Source of the DNA: a virus
Taxonomy: Duplodnaviria > Caudoviricetes
Reading direction: 5' to 3' (one strand)
Virus record (IMG/VR): IMGVR_UViG_3300044691_000698
Coordinates: 1 to 55,695 of that record
DNA length: 55,695 nucleotides
Positions 50,109-55,695 of this stretch are shown one piece after another. The position numbers were made by a program, and so were the translations under genes. The notes beneath the pieces are model-generated. The model worked only from the letters and a program-made list of their open reading frames with translations. It made no database searches and had not been told where the DNA came from. Position 1 is the first letter of the stretch, and each line of letters begins with the position of its first letter.

Positions 50109-50334
50109 TTCTTTCCCCTTCCGTTTTCTAAGTATTGAATCATCTCTAGTATCTGCACGGCTTCTACGTAGCGGCCATGTAAGAATTCGCTATATACGCT
50201 CCATGGTGGTGCTTTAGATTTTTCTAGCGCTATTCCCAACGCGCGCACCCGGTACTTTATGTAAGCCTTCGCTGATTTTTTAGCGCTAGGGCTGAGGCGG
50301 ATAAATTCTATCGCCGGTAACGTGATAGGCGCTT

Positions 50335-50802
50335 TCATTTCTTACTACCCTCCCATTTGTCTAAAAGAGCGCGGGCTTCTGTGTGGTTGGAAGTACAGGC
50401 CCGGGTCTCAGCGCGACAGTTGGAGCAACTCGCATACCCTTCCAAAACCTCTTTCGCCTCGGCGAGTAGTCTTTCTACTTCTTGTCGTTCTTCGGCCGCC
50501 TGTTTGAGTTTGGTTTCGAGTCGTTCCGCTTTGTCGCTGTAGTAGTCAGGCTCTGATAATTCCTCCAGCGTATTCAAAAGCTGCGGCAGCGCGTTGTGGG
50601 TTTCGGTGATAAGTTCGGCTTCATTTTGACAAACACCGCTCGCAACTTGGTATCTTGAAACACAACCAATTGCACCCGACCACACGTCTTTGCGATGGGT
50701 TAAACCCGCAAACTGCACCTTAGAATCAAGTGCCTCCCAATGCCAATCCGTTCCCTTCGCCTTCAATTCTCGTAAGTGTTTTATTAAATCAGTTAGATTC
50801 AT
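50335..50802 (-). CDS. Hypothetical protein (ead/Ea22-like modular architecture)
   Basis: AELI....NALPQLL, coiled coil, CxxC. Confidence 0.55.
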   Translation of the reverse strand: MNLTDLIKHLRELKAKGTDWHWEALDSKVQFAGLTHRKDVWSGAIGCVSRYQVASGVCQNEAELITETHNALPQLLNTLEELSEPDYYSDKAERLETKLKQAAEERQEVERLLAEAKEVLEGYASCSNCRAETRACTSNHTEARALLDKWEGSKK

Positions 50803-51013
50803 TTCTTCCCCCGATTTTTAAGCGAAGCGGCCGAGCCTTGGCGAGATTCGACGAATTCCCCAAGATCTGTCCCAAACGCTTTTTCAAACTCTGTTTGCAG
50901 CCATTGCCTGTGGCCGTCATTCCCATGAAGAATAGAATCCAAAAACGTTTTCCCTTATCCTCGTACCCCGATTCGTAAAAAGCTACGCGATCGCCAATCT
51001 TGAATTTAGTCAC
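50799..51013 (-). CDS. KFKIGDRV-family gene with candidate -1 frameshift at 50954-50948
   Basis: G_GGA_AAA heptamer; -1 frame ends EFVE...RGKK with ATGA coupling. Confidence 0.55.
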
Positions 51014-51521
51014 TTGGCACCTCGCTTTTTAATATCACGTAACGCTGCAAGTACTCTGGAGCGGGGATGTTTTTGTGGATAGGCTGAATCACGGCCATCA
51101 TTGATCCTGGCGGTGGAACTGGTCGGATCAATAAGACGATAAAGAGCTTTTGCTTCTTCAGTCCTGCCAGCGTTGCTCGGCATTCCGCAATGCCCGATTG
51201 CACACCTAACGTCAGGATTCATAGGATCCTGGAGTTTTCCAGTAGTCCAATTCTTTTTAGGAATTGCAGAAAACTTTTTAATAAAATAATCGACAGTGTA
51301 TTTAGTCATTTCGTCCTGCCTTGTTTCTTTAATTGATTCAAAAGAATGCGCTGTTTCGCAGCTCCGAGACGATACTTATTAAAATCAGCTAACGGAACTA
51401 ACACTCGTGTTTGGCATGCTGTTAGGCATTGGATACAACGCCCATCACGAACGATCGGACTGCCGATAGACCCTTTAGCATTCTGTATTAAATGAAACTT
51501 ACATCGGTTCATTATTATCAC
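51010..51521 (-). other. Two hypothetical genes (51010-51309, 51306-51521)
   Basis: Coupled, downstream of sigma54 promoter. Confidence 0.6.
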
Positions 51522-51555
51522 TCCTGTTAAACGTTCAGCTTGTGATTCTTATATA

Positions 51556-51704
51556 ATGCACTATTCCTACCAAGTATTGCAAGCACAATAAATATTGAAA
51601 ATACAATAAATATTGCCTAACGTTTTGACGATCTGGATTCAATTGTGTGGTTCCAGGCTGAGGTTAGGCACGGTGTATATCTTTCAGACGGAGCTGTTTA
51701 AGAA
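51556..51704 (-). promoter_or_regulatory. sigma54 promoter, triple operator and upstream enhancer block
   Basis: TTGGTAGGAATAGTGCAT; operators 51568/51586/51604; 40-bp block 51665-51704. Confidence 0.7.
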
Positions 51705-52121
51705 CTAGTCGGAGAAATCAGTTAGATTTAGTAACGTTGGAAACTTACCTTTTTTATATCGCTTAGGCTCACCATCACTGACTTGAATATAGCCACCATA
51801 AAAGCCATTGTGCTCAACACGGCTTTCAAAAGTGACAGTTCCGCTGGACGTTTGGATCGTAGTTCCCACTGATTCGATCACGCCATTATCATCATTGGAC
51901 ATCTCTATCCATTCACTATTCGTAACTTCCATAATGGTCGCGCCGATTAGATTCGCAGCTCCGGTAACAGCTGCTAGGAAACAATGCGCACAACAATCGC
52001 CTTCCCACGTTAAATACAACATTCCTTTGTCTGTATAGAGCGCCACGAGATCTTTTTCGTCATTAATCTGCGCTCCTAACACAAGGCGTCCGACGAGCGC
52101 TTTGATTTCTAAATCGATCAT
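51705..52121 (-). CDS. Conserved-type phage hypothetical protein
   Basis: GDCCAHC, HNGFYGG motifs. Confidence 0.7.
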   Translation of the reverse strand: MIDLEIKALVGRLVLGAQINDEKDLVALYTDKGMLYLTWEGDCCAHCFLAAVTGAANLIGATIMEVTNSEWIEMSNDDNGVIESVGTTIQTSSGTVTFESRVEHNGFYGGYIQVSDGEPKRYKKGKFPTLLNLTDFSD

Positions 52122-52158
52122 TAGTTATCTCCCTTTGTTTAAATTCACCCGCGCTCTA

Positions 52159-52620
52159 TCAAAAATGAACATGATTAGCCTGCGCTGCGTCGATTAATTG
52201 CTGTACATAATAAGCGCGGTGCTCGTGCCAAAGCCAAGCGGTTAAAACGACTGGATACATCAAGGATTCGGGTTCTTGTTCATCGCTGTTGTTGAACCGC
52301 GCCTCAGGGACCGCAATTTTTTTTAAGTTATGTGTGAGCTGAAAGTCGCAGTGACCGAGTTCATGAAAAATAAGCTCTTCCCGCTCGTCAGGCCCAAACG
52401 AATCCCACGCCGTTTGATCAATCTGAATTTGTTGTTGGCTGAAGTTGCAAAAACCTGCGTTGCCTTGCCCAGCGTCACCGAAACTAATGCCAGATTTAAC
52501 TGAGTGGGAAGTCGCAGTCTCGAATGAGTTTACATAATCGGTAAAAGCGGGATCGACCGTTGTTGTAGGTCGTCCACAGCTGACTAATAGACATAATGTA
52601 AAGACTGCGCTGAGCTTCAT
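52159..52620 (-). CDS. Lipoprotein zinc metallopeptidase
   Basis: Lipobox LVS-C; HELGHCDFQLTH; SLMYP Met-turn. Confidence 0.85.
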   Translation of the reverse strand: MKLSAVFTLCLLVSCGRPTTTVDPAFTDYVNSFETATSHSVKSGISFGDAGQGNAGFCNFSQQQIQIDQTAWDSFGPDEREELIFHELGHCDFQLTHNLKKIAVPEARFNNSDEQEPESLMYPVVLTAWLWHEHRAYYVQQLIDAAQANHVHF

Positions 52621-52621
52621 G

Positions 52622-53878
52622 TTATTTACCTTTCGCAATTGTTTTTCGAACTTCGTCAATGAAGTATTCTGGTGCGTGGCTTGCTTCTAAATAGCCAAGG
52701 CATTCGGTTAATCGGTCGAGCATTTCAGGCGCTGCTGCTATCAAAAGAGCGTCTTTTTCTTCACAGCATTCGGCAACAGGCGCTCCGGTTTCGTCCACTA
52801 CAGTCAATCCGTCTTTCAAAACCGTCCATTTTTCAGTGTGTTTGCTCATACTCATTCCTTTCAGTCATTCGTTTGCGCTGTAAGCGCGGTTCGTTAAACA
52901 TTGTTAATTCCTTTCAGTTAATAGCTTTTGCCATGACGGTCTAATAGTCGCGTGTATCGTTCCATTAAGTTTCCAAAGCGAATAAGAGCTTCATCCGTTG
53001 CATGCGCGGTTATTTCGACTGCAAACCAGTCGTCTTTGTCGTGTTTCTTTAGACCTGGTGCTGGTCGGAACTGCCAATGCGTTGGAACGTCTAGTCCACG
53101 AAGAAACGCTTCGGTTGCTACTGCAAAAAATGCACTCATACTTTCTGCCCAATCGTCACAACTTCCTTGGTTCCGGTAAGCACTCATTAACTCTTTATAC
53201 TGAAGTTTCATGAATCACTTTCCTTCCGCTTTGTTAATTGCAGTCCTAAGTTGTTCCTTAGTCTCCGAATACTGCCCCATAGGCGAATAATTAAGCATCA
53301 CCAAGGCACGTCTTGCCGCTTCCAATAATTCAGGCGCTGCGCTGATTAACTGAGCATTCGCAGTCGCTTGATCGCACGCTTCTTGCTGTGATTCACCAAA
53401 ACCATGCACTTCTTCTACAATCTCTTGGCCGTTTTCCGTTAAAACAGTTGCTGGGGATATGTCGTATAACCCGGTCGTGTTAGCCTTGTATGTCCAGGGA
53501 CCTTTAGTGTGTTTCATTACGAACTCCTTCTATTTAATAACGACGATAACGATATACAAAAGCGTTGCAGCTACGGACAGATTCAGTAGATCAAACAAGC
53601 GTTCAAAGCTCTTGTAATTAAAGTTATTCATATTATTTAGTCTCCCAAGTTTCACATTCAGAACAAAATCTAATGTCCGGAACCGAACCGCAAAATTCAT
53701 AATGGTATTTTCCAATAGTTATTGTATATCCTGCATAACCGCCAGGACGACGAATCCACAACTCGGTTTGTTCACCGTTCCATAGATATACTTCATTCTT
53801 ATTCAATCGCTTTTTATTAGTGTAACCAGCTGCTTGCCATTGTTCAGAATTGAACATTGATTCTTTAGTTGCTTTCAT
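52622..53878 (-). other. Early accessory genes (52622-52855 and 53215-53517 LIxAAPE paralogs; 52918-53211; 53633-53878)
   Basis: LIAAAPEML / LISAAPELL motif; 22-bp junction repeat 53206-53227 = 53873-53894. Confidence 0.65.
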
Positions 53879-54004
53879 GAATCACTTTCCTTCCTTTGCT
53901 GTTTCTCGTTTGACTTGCGCTTGCATTGTTTTCAGTAACCGGCGTTCTCTCTTGCTCATGCTAGTAAACTCCTTTGAAGCTTGCTTGCTTCATGAGTATT
54001 AGTA

Positions 54005-54161
54005 ATGCATGATGCCTGCCAAATATTGTAAGCTCAATAATTATTGAAAGTGCAATAATGCTGTAGAAGTTTCATACAACTCTCTAAAAAGCTGTCCGGC
54101 GCTAGGCACAAACTAGGCACGCTGTATATCTTTCAGTCGTTGGCTGTTTAAGAAAGTTACA
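54005..54161 (-). promoter_or_regulatory. sigma54 promoter, triple operator and upstream enhancer block
   Basis: TTGGCAGGCATCATGCAT; operators 54017/54035/54053; block 54114-54154; TGT-N11-ACA at 54062 and 54145. Confidence 0.75.
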
Positions 54162-54277
54162 GTTTTTGGACAGTAAATTGCAATTCTATTACAAATGAAA
54201 ACCGCGCAGCGCTGACAGGAAACTGCGCCGAATTGGGAATGCAATAAGTCTTATAAGTACATGAATTATTGAATGTA

Positions 54278-54305
54278 TTGACAGGACTGCGCAGCCTGCT
54301 ATAAT
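54278..54305 (+). promoter_or_regulatory. Consensus sigma70 promoter for second recombinase
   Basis: TTGACA-N16-TATAAT with TGn extension. Confidence 0.85.
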
Positions 54306-54309
54306 GAAC

Positions 54310-54337
54310 TGCGTTATCCTCTATAAAGGATAATGCA
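54310..54337. other. 28-bp 11-6-11 palindrome, candidate recombination site
   Basis: TGCGTTATCCT-CTATAA-AGGATAATGCA, one mismatch. Confidence 0.5.
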
Positions 54338-54412
54338 TACTTACAGCGCTGTTTTTGGCGGCGCATTGGCTGTTAGCTAGGCTTGGTTTGATCGCCTAAT
54401 AGGAGATAAGAT

Positions 54413-55369
54413 ATGTTTATTATTAACAAGACTGCGAATCAGGACAGGCCCCACCCCCCCAGGGATACCTCCGGCCATCCTATATATATAAACACAGGTG
54501 ACGCTATGCCTCTACCTAGAGCGGAGCAATTTGTTGAATTTGTTATTTTTAACAAAGCTTGCGGGGGACAGATTACTCAGAGATACCGCACGCTGATTTC
54601 CACATGGCGGCAAGTGCAGAAATTCCTAAATAGTGCAAAAATTGAAAGTTCCGTAGCTTGCAGGAATCCGGAATTGCTGTTTCAGTACGCACTCCGGAAT
54701 CAACTTAGTTTGGATTATACGAAAAAATGTTGCTCAATGATTAACTGGTTTGAGGAATTCTGTTCAAATTTAGAAAACAGGGCAGCGGGACACCATGAAT
54801 TCCCCCGGGGGGCTATGAGGGAAAAGATCCGCGACGCTTTTAGAGATTCTGAGAAACGCCCTAAAAACAGCGAAGCGCTTACTGAGGAAAGTCTTTTAAA
54901 AAGTCGCAGTCTCCTGGAAGCACCTTTCTACAATTGGCTGTTTCTGAGCTTCTATTTAGGGCTCCGACCAGCTGAAGTTGATGCGCTTAAGAATCCGTTA
55001 AGCTTTAAACTGAATGGAGATTCCATTTCGGTATATCAGGCTAAACTGACTCAGTTGCCTAGGGAACAGCGATGGAAAGTTATTCCGATTTACTTAGAGG
55101 AGCAAAAGGTTGCTATTGATATTATTCAATCTGGAGAATTTGAAAGACCAGGAATTCGGTTAATACATAAAGTGCTTGGGAAAGAGTTTCATTCCTATGC
55201 GGGTAGGAAAGGCTTTGCGCAGCTGTTAATAAGAAGGGGACTGGATCTGGAAATTATTTCAGTAATGCTGGGGCATTCAAGTATTGAACTAACGCGGAAG
55301 CATTATATCAATCCGGTTGATGTCCAACTGGAGCGCGTCAGGCAGCTGATGGCCGGAATTGCGAAATAA
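54413..55369 (+). CDS. Second tyrosine recombinase, paralog of int with a shorter unrelated N-terminus
   Basis: NWLF.S...GLRPAE, YQAKL, RWKVIP, YAGRKGF, LGH, Y shared with 7804-8886. Confidence 0.9.
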   Translation: MFIINKTANQDRPHPPRDTSGHPIYINTGDAMPLPRAEQFVEFVIFNKACGGQITQRYRTLISTWRQVQKFLNSAKIESSVACRNPELLFQYALRNQLSLDYTKKCCSMINWFEEFCSNLENRAAGHHEFPRGAMREKIRDAFRDSEKRPKNSEALTEESLLKSRSLLEAPFYNWLFLSFYLGLRPAEVDALKNPLSFKLNGDSISVYQAKLTQLPREQRWKVIPIYLEEQKVAIDIIQSGEFERPGIRLIHKVLGKEFHSYAGRKGFAQLLIRRGLDLEIISVMLGHSSIELTRKHYINPVDVQLERVRQLMAGIAK

Positions 55370-55695
55370 TGCCGGTCTATTGAATTTGTAATAATTATTG
55401 GATGTATGACGCGCCGGAAGTACTGCGAGGCGAATGGCGCTGCCTTATTTCGAATAATAGGCGGGCGCAGTCTCTGGGGAGAGATGGTAAGTTCTACCCA
55501 GTACTTGGTGAAACAGCGGGAGCCGAATTCTCGCAAAACCTACCAGAGCTAAGTGCATGAAGTTCATAATGTAAACCACAGAAACCAGTGGAAACCAGTA
55601 AAGTGGTTTCCAGTATTCGTCAATGTTTTCGCACACTTTAAGTCCCCTAAAAACAAGGAAACCACTCTATTACTATATATATATATATATATATA

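Noticed and set aside
55569-55695. Biological direct terminal repeat
   Set aside because: Exactly 127 bp and ends inside a TA run; best explained as assembler overlap

Overview
Apparently complete circular genome (about 55,568 bp; bases 55569-55695 duplicate 1-127, which looks like an assembler overlap) of a temperate podovirus-type tailed phage. Modules: ori-like iterons plus split prim-pol/helicase and Dam-type methylase (1-6.2 kb); RHH regulators, tyrosine integrase and a tRNA(Thr-like) attP core (6.2-9.0 kb); packaging, head, short tail and ejection proteins (10.6-33.4 kb); holin-like genes and a rhomboid protease; PolA/SSB/YqaJ replication-recombination genes; a CYTH + deoxyribosyltransferase-like + DUF3310 operon; a long leftward array of small accessory genes; and a second paralogous tyrosine recombinase. 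A Bdellovibrionota/deltaproteobacterial-like host is inferred only from sigma54 promoters and gene types. The most unusual signals are non-coding: (1) two arrays of stem-closed structured RNA modules, including two tRNA-mimic scaffolds with exchanged internal arms; (2) three sigma54 promoters with conserved enhancer-like sites but no recognisable phage activator, overlapped by a genome-wide CAATAATTATTG operator; (3) a 14-bp long-range helix hiding the capsid SD; (4) a 28-bp dif-like palindrome at the promoter of the second recombinase; (5) a candidate -1 frameshift. All calls come from manual motif reading; no searches or folding programs were run.
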